Assembly (NCBI RefSeq): GCF_006345805.1
Contig: NC_043011.1
Span: 32,066,464 to 32,130,463 of the forward strand
From: Octopus sinensis
Lineage: Eukaryota
Length of the DNA: 64,000 nt
Direction: 5' to 3'
Part shown: in pieces, positions 37,101-51,304 of the stretch
Numbering within the stretch: the first letter of the stretch is position 1
Layout of the letters: each line of letters begins with the position of its first letter
Made by a program: the position numbers and the translations under genes
Notes under the pieces: model-generated
What the model was told of the DNA's origin: nothing
The model's database searches: none
What the model saw: the letters and a program-made list of their open reading frames with translations, nothing else

Positions 37101-40100
37101 AACACCTATACACAAAACCCTTCACTGAGCTCACTACCAACTTTAATGCTACTTTCAGCACTCACGTACACAACCTTAAAAGCTTTTTGCACCTACAATT
37201 CTACCACTGTCCAGTAGACAACAGTAATGTTCTTTCTAATTCTTAACAGTTAATGTGCAGATAAATCTAATGTTGTGCAGTAGATATTTTTCCTATGACA
37301 AAATATGTGTGCACTGAATGCAAAATAGTATGATTATTAATTACTGTATTTTTAGGCAATTAACTTTTTGTGTGCTGTGTGCACACATGCATATACAGCT
37401 TAGGAGAATTGCTAGAGAGCAAGAGGACACTTGCAACATCTGGTCTTACAACACCTGATACAAATGATAATTAAATTCTACCCAATCCGAAGTTACCCTC
37501 TGTTAACTTTACTTTTAAATTTGATGTAGGAATTTCACATGTCTATTATTCTTTCTCCCCCAAGTACCTCCCTTGCTACTGTAATTAACAATACAGCTAC
37601 TACACCAGTCTCCAGAAATAACAATTTTGCTAAACAATCTGATAAATCATCATCATCATTGTTTAACATCCAGCCTCCATGCCGACATGGGTTGGATGCT
37701 TTGACATAGAGCTGGCTAGCAAGGAGCTCTCCAGACTCCAACCTACTGCTGTGGCATGGTTTCTACAGCTGGATGCCCTTCCTAACACCAAGGAATGCCA
37801 TCATCATCATCATCATTATTTAACGTTTGCTTTCCATGCTGGCATGGGTTGAATAGTTTAATAGGATCTGGTGAGCCACAGGTCTGTATCATGCTCCTTG
37901 TCAGCTTCCTAATGCCATGACACAAGCCAAAACAAACAATTATTTCAAATATACAGAACCCAGATTATCAGCTGGCATACTCAAATTCTTTTTGTGCAAC
38001 AAGAATAGCACAAAACAGAAATGACTATGAAAAAATTGTCACACTGCTTGCTTATATTTTGAAATAGGTTACTGTTAACAAATACAACACTGTAATTCCA
38101 TCTTTTTCCTGTCACCATCTAAGAAGAGAATTTCAATTAACCAAGACTATTTTTTTTTAATATATTCATGTTCTTTTTTGCATATGCCATTCGATGCATC
38201 ACCTTTTAACTTATATCAAAATTTATGCCACTGGCCCATTTGAATTATTTTTTAATTATGCAAATCAAAAATAATTTGTAATTCTTTTCCTATGTTGATG
38301 AGGTTCATTAGACTGAAACTTGACCATAGTTATTCCTTGCAAACAAACCAAGACCAGGCTTTGGCCCAGGCTTGCAAATTAAATTTCAGAGAATAATTCA
38401 TAATTTCCTGAAATTATCTCTTCTTTTTTTCTTTTAAGAGTCACTAAATTCCCACTAGGTTTTTATTTTCTTTCTCTAAGAAGGAATTTTCATTTAATTA
38501 AGAATTTTTTTTAAGTGGCATTCAGTTTATCTCTTTGTAGCTTATCCAATTTCATACCATTGGCCTATTTGAGTCAATTCCTTTCTCTCAATTTTACTGA
38601 TTTTAAATTCTATTTTAACATAGTAAAACAAATAAAAAGTTAACTGAAAATAATCCAGTGGATAATTTGAAACATATTATGCCTAATTTATTTTTTTTAA
38701 TGCTTGAACATACAGTTAGCTAGACAAAGCTGGCTAGCTAGGACACAACTATGTGGGCATAAAATACCTCATTTTTTCACAAGAAAAAAAAAACCATGTT
38801 TCATCATATATTTAAAGAAATTTTTTTCAAAGAGGTTTTGAAGGGAAAAATTGATTTTGTACATGTAAGTAGAATGTATTTCATAAGACTGCTTGCAAAA
38901 GATTTAAGTGCTAATAATTACTGCAGTTATAAGTTGCACACTTTCTTGGTAAGCTGTAGTATGTGCAGCAGGCAAAAATATACTCATTCTAAAGGTAAAG
39001 ACCCCACTTCAGTCATGAATGAGCATGAGATTGCATCTAGAAACTTCCCCTCCAAGACACAAGTCCAGGCAAGGTTGTTTATGGAAGACCCAGCAGTTGC
39101 CCAAGCATTCCAGCGTCCCCCTTTCCACACCACCAATGTTATCCAGGGAAAGGCAAAGGCTGATACAACTTGGCACCAGTGATGTTGCAACTCATTTCTA
39201 CAGCTGAATGAACTGGAGCAACGTGAAATAAAGTGTCTTGCTCACTCAAGAACACAACACACAGCGTGATCTGGGAATAGAACTCACTACCTCATGATTG
39301 CAAGTCCGATGCTCTAACCACTACTAAGCTATTCTACAACCAGCGCAACAGCTAAACCAATGGACACATTTCCATCCATACAGATCACCTAATCAGTACT
39401 GGATAGTAGGTGACTCTCCAGAGTTCATTCATCAAACATTCTAGTAAAGGAAGAGATATTGAGGTGATGAAGCCCTTGCTGGCTTGGGAAGAAACTTGGT
39501 TGGCAAGACAAATCCTTTAATTCACAGTTGTCGAGTAGAATGTGAAATCTCAGTTATACAGTGAACTGAAGTACAAGGATGCAACAAAACACGAAGAGAT
39601 TAGAGATTAATAGCTATAGCAAGACCACAAAAGCTGAGAAGACCAGTAGAGTTTAATTCACTTCTGATATTACAAACCCCAACATTTCATATGGATAGTC
39701 ATCACTGACTTATAAACAGGTTGCTTCTGATAATCTTTTATATTTACTTGTTTCAGTCACTGGACTGCAGCCATGCTGGGGCACTGCCTTGAAGAGTTTA
39801 GTTGAACAAACTGACCGCAACACTTATTTATTTTTGAAGACCGGTACTTATTCCATCAGTCTCCTTTGCTGAACTGCTAAGTTACATGGGTGTAGACAAT
39901 TGAACACCAATCAACAAGTGGGGGGGGCACATAATGATAGGCTTCTACACAGTTTCCATCAACCAACTCCACACACAAGGTCAGCCCAGGACTACAGTAG
40001 AAGACATTTGGCCTAGGTGCTGCAGAATGGAACTGAACCTGAAACCACATGGTTGCAAAGCAAGCTTCTTAACTACACAGCCATGCTTGCATCTATGATT

Positions 40101-40439
40101 AAATATATTCTGGAATCAAATACAAAATCAAAACTAATAGTAGTACACTAACCTCGAAAGGAACAGAAATTTACTATAGCTGAAAAGAAAATACCATTCA
40201 CTTGTACCAGCAACAAAGGATACATGTAGACAAAGTAAATACAACAGTAAAAACCAGTGCAAACAAACAGTGAAATACAATAAATGTGCATGAATTCCTA
40301 AGCTTGCTTCCCAACCACAAGGTTCTGAGTTCAGTCCCACTGCATGGCACCTTGGGCAAGTGTCTTCTACTATAGCCTTGGGCTGACCAAAGCCTTGTGA
40401 GTGGATTTGGTAGACGGAAACTGAAAGAAGCCGTCGTAG

Positions 40440-40481
<42 letters not shown>

Positions 40482-41334
40482 CAAAATCAAATTCGATGAT
40501 TGGTATCTGTGCTAGTGGAGCGCTAAGAGCACTATCCAAGCGTGATCGTTGCCAGAGCAGCTGACAGGCTTCTGTACCAGTGGCACATAAAAAGCACCAT
40601 TCGAGTGTAATTGTTACAATTGTCACCTTACTGGCATGTGAAAAAACATTCAAGCGAGGTCGTTGCCAGTGCTGCTGGACTGGCTCCTGTGCAGGTGGCA
40701 CGTAAAAAACACCATTTGTGCATGGCCGTTGCCAATACCGCCTGACTGGCCCTCATGCCGGTGGCACGTAAAAGCACCCACTACACTCTCAGAGTGGTTG
40801 GTGTTAGGAAGGGCATCCAGCTGTAGAAACTCTGCCAGATCAGATTGGAGCCTGGTGCAGCCATCTGGTTCGCCAGTCCTCAGTCAAATCGTCCAACCCA
40901 TGTTAGCATGGAAAGCGGACGTTGAACGATGATGAAATCTGTACCCTGTCCATCACATGACAACTGATGTTGGTGTGTTTATGTCCCCATAACTTAGCAG
41001 TTCAGCAAAAGAGACCGACAGAACAGGTCCTGGGGTTGATTTTTTTTACTAAAGGCGGTGCTCCAGCATAGCCGCAGTCAAATGACTGAAGCAAGCAAAA
41101 CAGTAAAAGAGAGCAAATATTTCACTAATATTAGTGCACAACAAGCAGTTAGGGAAAAAAAAAATTTTATATATTCTACCAGAAACTGATTTTTCAATGA
41201 AGAGTATATAGAATATATGACAGAGCAAGAGGTAAAAGACAGGTATATAAAATAAAAATTATACAATGAGAGTTTATTTAATTATCATCGTCCACAACAC
41301 CTAGGAAATCATTAACACCAGAATGAAGTAAAAC

Positions 41335-41810
41335 AGTATCTCCAAAGCCTGAAAACCCATTTTCACTGCTGGCATTCATATCATTCCCCTTTATTGATGA
41401 AATTCTCAGCAGCAAAGTCTGCATCAGTAAAATTTTCTTGAAACGACAAATTGTCTTCTGGGCATTTGTAACGTTACATTTTTAAAAAATCATTTCATAA
41501 CTACAACTTCTTTTACAGCATTCAATGAACTTTTAACCTTCTCAAACATGTGTGCAATAGCAGACCTCTTCTTCATTCTTTTGGCATCACTTCCCGATAT
41601 GAAAGCTTGCATCTATTTGTTCCATTCCTCCATTCCGAATCCCTTAAATGGCTTATTGAGACATCTAAAGGCAGCTAGTGAATGGTTAGGTTTCCTGGTT
41701 TTCAGTTGTCCGACTTTCCTGTAAATAAGCTCGAGCGTGTGAATCTGAAGATGGTCCCAAACTAATAAGACAGGTTTCTTTAACAACTTAACAGGACCAT
41801 CTTTTATCTA
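41335..41810 (-). mobile_element. pogo-family (DDE_1) transposase relic
   Basis: Translated KKPVLLVWDH...KVGQLKT, LDVS/NKPFKG..EEWNK*MQA and KKCNVTNA, with stops and frameshifts. Confidence 0.75.
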
Positions 41811-44354
41811 TCAAGAATTTCATTCCACCCATATCTGCTATAGCCTCGGGCCAACCAATGCCTCGTGAGTGGATTTGGTAGAGGGAAACTTAAAGAATGT
41901 ACATAATAGGTGCAGGCATGGCTGTGTGGTTAAGAAGCTTGCTTCTCAACCATATGGTCTCGGGTTCAGTACCGCTGTGCAATACATAGACAAGTGTCTT
42001 CTTCTGCAGCCCTAGGGTCATAGTGCTAGTATATATATAAATTTAAATTTAAAATGAGAGTGAAAAATTGGATATTAATTTGATTAACATCAATTTAAAA
42101 GCAGTGGTCTAGCATATTAAAATCTGAAGGTTCAGTAAATTGTATTACATACATATGAGAGGGATGACCTCTCATATGCATATATATATATATATATATA
42201 TCTGTGTGTGTGACAGGCCTCCTCACAGTTTCTATGTACCAAATTCACACACAAGGCACTGGTTGGCCTAAGTGACACTTATCTCTGGTGCATCTATCTA
42301 TAACACTGAATCAGCCTTTCTTTCTGTTTTGGGAACAAGAAAAATACTTCAAGTTCAAATAATTGCAGACTCTGCAAGGCACCTTCCTGTTAGAGAGTAC
42401 TGCTATATATCTGGGATATGTAGAAGACACCCAAGTGTAAGTGTACCACTTACTATAGTAAAGGACACTTACCTAAGGTGCCTTACAGAGGGACTGAACC
42501 CAAAACTGTGTGGTTGCAAAGCAATCTTCTTAACCACACAACTATGCCTCGCAAATTTTACTTTATTTTATAAGAACTTTTAAACCATGATAATTTTGAG
42601 AAGTGTTGTGCAATACTCTTTACTCTTTTACTTGTTTCAGTCATTTGACTGCGGCCATGCTGGAGCACCGCCTTCAGTCGAGCAAATCGACCCCGGGACT
42701 TATTCTTTGTAAGCCCAGTACTTATTCTATCGGTCTCTTTTGCTGAACCGCTAAGTGACGGGGACGTAAACACACCAGCATCGGTTGTCAAGCAATGCTA
42801 GGGGGACAAACACAGACACACAAACATATACACACACACACATACATATATACGACAGGCTTCTTAAGTTTCCCTCTACCAAATCCACTCACGAGGCATT
42901 GGTTGGCCCGAGGCTATAGCAGAAGACACTTGCCCAAGATGCCACGCAGTGGGACTGAACCCGGAACCATGTGGTTGGTAAGCAAGCTACTTACCACACA
43001 GCCACTCCTGCGCAATATACATAATCTTTTTTTTTTTTCAGCCATTAAAAAATCCAGACCAAACCAAGTTAAATTTACTTTCTATTCATTTCTTGACGTA
43101 TCAAAATTTTCATCACACAATGACAACCTGATTGCTGATGCAGTTTCACAACTGTGAACAAGTTCGAGTTATGTGGTGAAAATTATGACACCATAATCTT
43201 CTTTGCCAAATGAAATGTGTTGCCAAAATGCAACCAGTTTTGTACATGTTTCTAGGTATATGAACTTTTAATGAGCTACACCCTAATGAGAGGATGATGC
43301 AAGAAGTGTTTTAATAACTGTACTAAAAAAGAAAAGAAATAGAATAGACTCTATTCTTTACCTATTATAAAGAACCTTGGACTGCAACTTGGTTTCTTTC
43401 TCATCTAGATGCCTGATCTTATAATGATTGCCCTTCTGATTATTTTGTTGTTTAAATAGTAAGATAATTAACAAAGTTGGCAATTATTCAGCAATAGTTA
43501 TTTTTTTATTTTTTTCACTACCAGTAAATTCTTTCTAAACAAATTTTCTAAGACCAAAGATTCAAATCTAACTAAAATTAAGTATTCTATACTATCAACA
43601 AAATAATAAGCACTTAAGAGATGTATATATATATATATATATATATACCATTCCAAGTACTGTTCCATCTCTTTCTGATATGCAACTTAGGGTTTGCTTC
43701 CTCCAAACCTTCTTGTTAATACACTAATATACTGTTCTATAACATCTGCACAGATATTATTAAAAAAATTAAAATAAACTGGGGGTAGTGCACTTTCAGA
43801 AATGTTGTTAATCCAAATAGATAGTCCAAAAGGATTAAATACCAAAAATAAACAAATGTGCTATTCATTTATCTGTCCATAAGCTTAATCCATTACCATT
43901 TTTCAACACTACCATCTTGCCACTTGGGTGCTTTTTGCAAAGTCATTCTGCTGCAAGTACTGAGGCAACATCCCTAGTCTGAAGTCAGACAGACCCTGAG
44001 AAGGGTCAAAGTAATGAATGCCCTACTTCTATTGACTAAGCCATTAAGAAAAACTTGAAGGCTGGATAATAACAGATGATCGTATAAAAGAAAATATTCT
44101 AAAATGAAAGGAAGGTTCATTTTTTAAAACTTTCCTTTTATTTTAGGATATTTTCTTTTACATCAAACATATACACACATGTAGAGTCATGATTTCTTAG
44201 TACAGTAGGAATAACATTGAACTTCCTTGTAACTAAGTCAATGAGTTCTTTAATTGAATAAATTCTGGTCCTTACTTAGTCTGATATTACATAAAAACTC
44301 CTTCACTGTCTCCAAAGACCATAATTTAAAAAGGATGGTGAGGGTAGTCTAAAA

Positions 44355-44679
44355 CAGTGCTTCTCAACCATTCTTTTTTTTTTTATCTATGGTCCCCTTT
44401 GATTGCTACTTTTTACTGGTGGACCCCCATAGCCATTCAATGTTTAAAAACTAGTTCTGTAGATACTTCTTTCATAATTCCTATTTGTTTTTCTCACATT
44501 TATTTGTGTAGGTTGAACTACATAAAATGTTAGAGAAAGAAACCTAGCTGCTTCTTGCAGTAGAGACATTTAAATTAAAACTTGACATCAACCCTTAAAA
44601 TACTGCCATGGATCCCCAATTTACAATTTTGCTAGTGTGGACTCCCAAGAGTCATATGGACCCTGGTTAAGAACCACTG
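44355..44679. mobile_element. hAT (Charlie-like) MITE
   Basis: CAGTGCTTCTCAACC ... GGTTAAGAACCACTG termini with TSD gtctaaaa / gtctagaa. Confidence 0.8.
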
Positions 44680-47460
44680 GTCTAGAAGGTTGAAATTTTT
44701 AGGAGAAAAAAAGGGGATTTTGTTTAGTATTGAGAATAGAGCTGTGTGAGACAACAGAAGCAATGGGAGGAGAAATGGGTTTAGACAGTAGTAGAATATA
44801 ACTGGGGAGTTCTGAGAAGCAGATGCTAATGTAGTAGTGGTAGAAGAAACAGGAGAGAGAAGACATGTCAGTGAGTTAGTTACAGCATGACAGTGAGTGG
44901 AAATTTGCCAACCAGTCTGATTGTCTTTTGATCTTTTTATATATATAATTGACAATACTTAAGTACATCGCTGTTATGCCATCCTAGATTTGTGCCTTGC
45001 AGAGTCAGCAGTTATCTGGACTTGAAGAATTTTTCCTATCCCCAAAACAGAAAGAAAGGCTAATATTTAGGATTCAGTTCTGGCTATGTTATAGATGCAC
45101 CAAAGATGTTCAAATAAGGTAACTGAAAAGTTTGTTTCCTTTGTAGCTATGGTGATGGTCAAAAGGTCATGGGTTTGTTTCTGGGCTGGATGGTATGTTG
45201 TGTCCTCAAACATGGACTTCATTTCATGCTGTTCATGTGTAGTCAACTGCAAATCTGTACCAGCCACCTGTTCTCCTACAGTTCTCTCTTCCTCCTTCAG
45301 CTGTCACATTCTCATTGTTTCACTGGGCCAAGTGTAGAAGGACCATGGGAGTGGCTATATCAGCTCATGAATACATAGGCACTTAATTAGCAAAAGTATG
45401 GCACACACTTCCAAATCATGCTACCAAGTGACCGCTAAACATTTTAATATTCTTTTTTACCATACAGCAATGGTTAGCATACAATTCCAATAAAAATTAC
45501 TATCATCATAACAACTACATTAAATAAGGTGTATAGTTTTTTTGCCTGAATCATTAGGTAGGAGTGGAGAATGAGTATAATTAGTTATATAGGTTACCTG
45601 TACAAACTTTCTCCCCAGAGACGGAAGGCAAAGTCTTGTGTACAGAATGCCTACTGAAAGTAAAAGGAATTGTGGTGTCAGATAAGTAGATGAGAGAGAC
45701 AGTTATCTCTGGATAGAACGCTAGTCTCTCAAAAGTTAACTTTCTTCTGTATTTTAAACACAGAATGACGTGTCTTACCCAGGTAGACAATAAGATGCTT
45801 TCTGTAAGGTTTTGATTAAAGGCGTATACGTAGTTTCTTCCACCTAAGTCCGAAGTGATCTTAACAGGATATAAAATGTTTAGAAATAAATCAACTATTA
45901 AAAACTTGACCTTTTAAAGATGAATAGTCTTTTGTTAAAATTCACAATCCTTAAAAAAAAAAAACTGTAATTTTTATTAATTAGTACGAGAAGGTAGAAC
46001 TATACAGTATATTCCTTTTAGACAAAGGGCAACAGGTGGACCGCAATCTGTAAATGAGTCATTAAGGGGTGAGATGTGAGCCTCGAACTTTTTATAAAGA
46101 ATTTTCAAATTTAATGTATTTCTGGCTCTTTCAACAGGTGATGGCTTTCAGATAGTCTTTTGCGTCAGGGTTTGTTCAATTTTTTGGTTGCATAAACATT
46201 GCCAGCAATGTAAATGGGGAAATTTTTGTATCGTATTATATACAGGTGGGAAAAGACAAGTTTAAACAAAATAAGAGCAATAATCAAAAGTGGGCCCATT
46301 ACAAAAAGAACCTGGTGACCCCTGGTTAACAGTTTTGTTAAAATCAGAGTATATGAACACGAAGGTTGCTCCTGACAGCGTTGTCATGAAGAAATTTGGT
46401 CAAAGTGATCTGCGGAATTAAGTAGAGTTAACAGATAGAAGACTAGGTGATGTGGAACGTGATTAAGGTTGGGTAGTGTAGATCAATGAGTTCATAGGAT
46501 AGAAATATGAATTGGGATAAAAACTCAGTACCTAGACAGAACTGGCAGTTCCTTGCTTCTTGGCAACCCTGTTTGAAAAGTTGCATTTTTCATTCCTCAC
46601 GACAAATCAACTCATTTTTTTTTTCTTTCAAGAAACTTTCACGCACACACCATTTATTTACACGTTGACGAATGAAATGAGATAATTCAATTAAATTGTC
46701 GCCCACTTTCTAACATCATTTATAGCGTATATAAGTCTTCATCTCAGTGGAAAAATTGTTTATATCAATCAAATAAGAAAAAAAAAAAGCACGATCTTTT
46801 TATTAAATACTAGACATAAATGATCTACAGGTATGAAACTTAAACAAATATGTGTTCTCCCTCATCGCAACAAAGTAACCCGATTTCCTCGACAGGGGTA
46901 GTAAATAACACTAATGAATTATTGACGTGTTACGAAGGAAATTAGGAAAAGAGGCGTAACCGACACCACCAGATCAGTTTGGTTATTAAACATATTACAC
47001 CTCATCTCTGATTGACTCTAAAAAGAAAATTAGCAGAATCTGTTACAAAATATCCATTTATCCATTCATATATCGATATTAAAATCCATTTATTAGCTGC
47101 TTCAGAAGAGATTCTGTAAATAACCTGGTATATTCTTAGATCTGTATACACAATTGGTATTCTTTGAATTACTAGTAGCTTTTTTTTTTTTTATCTGCAT
47201 ATACTTTCACATATTCTGTTTTGTTATATATATATAACGACGTTTTAAATAATTGCTACAAAGTAATAAATGAAAAGGCAATTAGACGATTCTTGAGGGA
47301 TAGTTATGTTATGTGTGTGTATGCGTGTATGTGGCTGACTATTACATTGACAGTTATAGAATGTGAAATCGTTTACTTAGAGGAAGAATAATAACAATAG
47401 AAATTAAACCGAAAACAGAGCTATAATAAAATTAGATGATATTTCATGCAATTCATAGAA

Positions 47461-47810
47461 ATGTAAATAGAAGCGGGATGGCAAGAAAAAATGCGAAGTA
47501 AATATGTCGTTGCAGAAAGGGAGTAGCAACAACAGATGAGACATATGCTTATAAGCTCGGGAAGAATTTAAGTGAAATTATTGCAGGCCGCAGGACGGAG
47601 TGGAGACGATAATTTAATTATGAATAATGGGATGTGTCTAAAATCATTTTAACCTACCAGCAGAACCCGTCAGCCTCAGTAGATAGGAGTAAATGCCGAC
47701 AGTTGAGGCAATCCGAAGGTGGTGCCCGTCGCTCAGATTACTTCGCTGGCATACAGGAAATTAGCCTAGACCAACATGCAACAGTATGAGCTCATTTCCG
47801 GTTGACATGT
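47461..47810 (-). promoter_or_regulatory. CpG-enriched non-repeat segment; candidate promoter / non-coding first exon of AP1M1
   Basis: 14 CpGs in 350 bp by manual count against a CpG-poor background. ETS-like ACCGGAAA on the minus strand (47802-47795) and a candidate donor CTG|GTAGGT at 47657/47656. Confidence 0.3.
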
Positions 47811-48128
47811 TTTATTTTTTTCTATTGATCTTGGCTGACATATTTAATCTTCTACTTGTTACAAGATACGTTTTTTTTTTTAATTGCTTTTTTTTAAAAC
47901 TTTGCTGTCAATTATATAAATTAATCTTATAGTTTTTATTCATATGTGACCTGGCTGGTGAGATATTCTCGGAAACAGCAGGTAAAACTGAAGGATGAAA
48001 CGATACAATGCCTTTTCTTTATATTCATATGAATGAATGAAACTAAATACCACTACAATTTCGAAATTTATGTTGTGTGAAGAAAGCGATAATAAATATA
48101 TTCGAATGACAAGAGTCATAAGGCAAAC

Positions 48129-48790
48129 GACGAAGGCAAAGGACGTGTACACCACCTATTTCCGGTGTTTTTTCTTTTTTTTTTTTTCAAAATTTTTTTT
48201 TCGGATTTCTATGTTTTCTATATAGCAGAATACCATTTTGCCCCAAAATCACGTTTCCGAAATTCTAATTTCCCCCACCCTACACCAATTTATTAATTTT
48301 TAACTTTCTTTTTCGAATTTTGTTTTTTTAATCCACGTAGAAAAATCGAGATTACGAATCTGGGAAATTTTTTCTTTAAGAAACACTCAGTGCTCCTTCT
48401 CCCACCCATCACCTCCCCACTTTCAAAAAACTAAAAACTCCGTATGTTTCACTTTCGTTTGATGCTACACGCATGCGTAGAATTCTACTGAAATAGCAGA
48501 CGCAAAAAATATCAGACCACCACTAGAAAACCCGACATGCTAGAAACAACAGGTAGTAAACGACATTATTTCTGGAAAAACTTCCCTGCTTTCTAAAAAG
48601 CTAAAATTCGGAGTTTTTAGCTTTTTGAAAGTGGGGAGGTGATTGAGGTTGGGGAAGGAGATTTGAGTGTTTCTTTAATAAAAATTTTTTTTTTAATTCT
48701 TAAAAATTCGTCATCTCCATATTTTTATACATGGATTACAAAAAAAAAAAAAATTTCGAGAAAAATTTGTTGGATAAAGTTTTATTTTAT
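48129..48790. mobile_element. Foldback element arm related to 826-1790 (inverted counterpart at about 52200-52806)
   Basis: Shares the core CTAGCATG..GGTTTTC...GTCTGCTATTT..AATTCTA with 1370-1445 and 52410-52490. Its terminus GACGAAGGCAAAGGACGTGTACACCACC mirrors the end at 52806. Confidence 0.65.
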
Positions 48791-49091
48791 AATGGTAGAA
48801 AGCTTATGAATTTGTAAGGTTGAAATTAAGTTTGTATAACGATAATATGAAATGTCAGAGTCATCAGTTTGTAAACGTAGGTTCTTTGTTGATTGCAAGG
48901 CGGCTAGCTGGCAGAAACGTTAGTGTGCTGGGCGAAATGCTTAGCGGTCCACCGTTACGTTCTGAGTTCAAATTCCACCGGGTCGACTTTACCTTTCATC
49001 CTTTCAGGGTCAATAAACTAAGTACCAGTTACTCACTGGTAGGGTTGATGTAATCAACTTAATCCGTTTGTCTGTCCTTGTTTGTCCCCTC

Positions 49092-49662
49092 TGTTACATT
49101 GTATATACCTTGCCTTGACAGGCAGGTGATAAAATCCAAAAGCATGTGAAGTAAAGATAGGTGTAGATTTTCCTTATATAGTTTGTGTTTGTGTTCTTGT
49201 CATTGTGTAGTAGTAATTATAGATAGAAATAGAGTGATGGTTGTAAGAGAAAGTAAAGTGAGCTAGTAAGAGTGAGAGAGTGTGGGATGTTGTCTCGTAT
49301 AGTCGCTGATTCTAAACTTCTTTCTTTTTCCCTCTAGCCGTTTGTCTGCCTGCTTGTGGCCATTATTCTAGTGGTGGGTTCACTAACTGATGTTAGCTCT
49401 CTCTCAACTCACAAGTTGTCACCAACTGACTAACCGAGTTATCACAAAGTGACTAACTGAATTTTGCTTGGGGTTCTTGCTTTTATAACTATCCAGAAGG
49501 TTAGACATATCATTGAGAACAATAGATTTAGTTGGTGCTCTTGTTATCTTAATTCTAGCTTTTGGTGAAATAGAAGAGGTTAGAAGGGTCAAGTGGTGAA
49601 GACATTATTTTGGCAATAAATTTTTTCTAAATATCTCCCCCCTAATTCTAAAACTTACCACA
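49092..49662 (-). mobile_element. Possible solo LTR
   Basis: TG...CA termini (TGTTACA / ACCACA), an internal TATAAAAG on the minus strand, and it truncates a SINE. No TSD found. Confidence 0.35.
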
Positions 49663-50133
49663 GTTTTTCGATTTTTTTTGTTTGTTTTGTTTTAAAATGT
49701 AGACAATCCGATTTTGCCGTTCGTTTCTCTTATAATTTCCAAATAATTTTAAAAATACTTCAAAATCAAATTTGTTGCATGTTTGTGTAAGAGAAAATCA
49801 TTTACCAACAGAAAATTATGTTATTAAAATAAATACTCTCTAACATACCTTTAAATTGTTGCGAGAAAAGCGTTTATTAACATAGAATTATACTCTTTAC
49901 TCTTTACTCTTTACCTGTTTCAGTCATTTGACTGCGGCCATGCTGGAGCACCGCCTTTAATCGAGCAACTCGACCCCGGAACTTATTCTTTGTAAGCCCA
50001 GTACTTATTCTATCAGTCTCTTTTGCCGAACCGCTAAGTGACGGGGACGTAAACATACCAACATCGGTTGTCAAGCAATACTAGGGAGACAAACACAGAC
50101 ACACAAACACACACACACACATATATATATATA

Positions 50134-50529
50134 CTAGCAGTATCGCCCGGCGTTGCTCGGGTTGTAAGGGAAATAACTATATAAGCATTTTTAGAGAGTT
50201 ATAGCCAAAAAATAGCAAAAAAATGCATTAAAAATTGAAAAAATATTAAGGTAAATTTTTTTTTAAATCGTTGACACATCGTAGATATTTTTAGAGAGTT
50301 ACTTCCCTTATATAAAAGCGAAAAAAATGCATTAAAATGGAAAAAATATGATGGTAAATTTTTTTAAAATCGTAGACTCATCGTAGACGCGTGCTAATAC
50401 CCAGAAGGGCTCGATATGAATCACGACTATAAGATACCCGCTTTTGGTTAAACTGCACCGCAAAATGTGGGAGTAGTTACGAATCTAAATCGTAGGAGAC
50501 AGACACACAACTTCACTCTTATATAAAGA
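50134..50529 (-). mobile_element. Non-autonomous Helitron
   Basis: Minus strand A|TC start, 3' hairpin CCCGAGCAACGCCGGG followed by CTAG|T. Sits in the TA tract of a family-B SINE. Confidence 0.85.
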
Positions 50530-50929
50530 TGCTTTTTTTTTCAGTCATAGAGTTAGATTTATGAAGGCCTTCAGTAGAAAATCCTTCGAATTCTGACTCG
50601 CTGCTTGATATAATGAAATCGTATCCATTTTTTGTCAGAATTACAAATTTGAAAACACAATAGGAACAAATTTCGGAAAAAAAATCTCATAATTCACGGA
50701 ATTAAAATTACACTTCGATTTTTGTACAAAACTGTATTTGAAGTGTTTACGAAGTATAATACGTGTTTTCACGAATGTACTAAAGAGATTTACTCTGATA
50801 TTCTCATTTAAATATGAATAGGTAAATTCGGGCGGTTTGGTAACGAAAGGGTTTATATAAGTGTCGTTGTTTATACATAAACACTGTTTCATACTTTCAG
50901 TTTAGTCTTCCTCAAATCACTCTGTCACT

Positions 50930-51304
50930 ATTTACTCTCTTCCAAGAACATTTTCACTCACTCTTATCTCTTAGCTTGCCATACATTTTACTCATGTATC
51001 TATCAGCGTGATAGACAGAAACAAATATTACATCTAGTTTCACTTTATTCGTTGCACACTGTGTGTGTGCGTTTGCGTGTGCTGTAAACCAGACTAAGAA
51101 AAGCATTTGACATACACACCAGAATGTGAGTTTTCTGTAAATTTTGCTTAATTGGAGTTTAAATTTTAAAAACTGGACCTGGCAAAACCCGATGCATTCT
51201 ACTCTTAAAAATGCTAGGTAAATTGTAATTGAAGAAATCCTATATTGTAGATTTCTATAACTGACAAAGGGAGGCAGATAAAATCTGCCTTTTATAATAA
51301 GAGA
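50930..51304 (-). mobile_element. Helitron/Helentron-like 5' portion
   Basis: Minus strand A|TCTCTTATTATAAAAGGCAGATTTTATCTGCCTCC start with a subterminal hairpin. No own CTAG end seen; the left boundary is approximate. Confidence 0.55.

Noticed and set aside
42152-42178. 11-bp-stem hairpin CATATGAGAGG gatga CCTCTCATATG
   Set aside because: Too short to distinguish from slippage or chance next to a TA tract.
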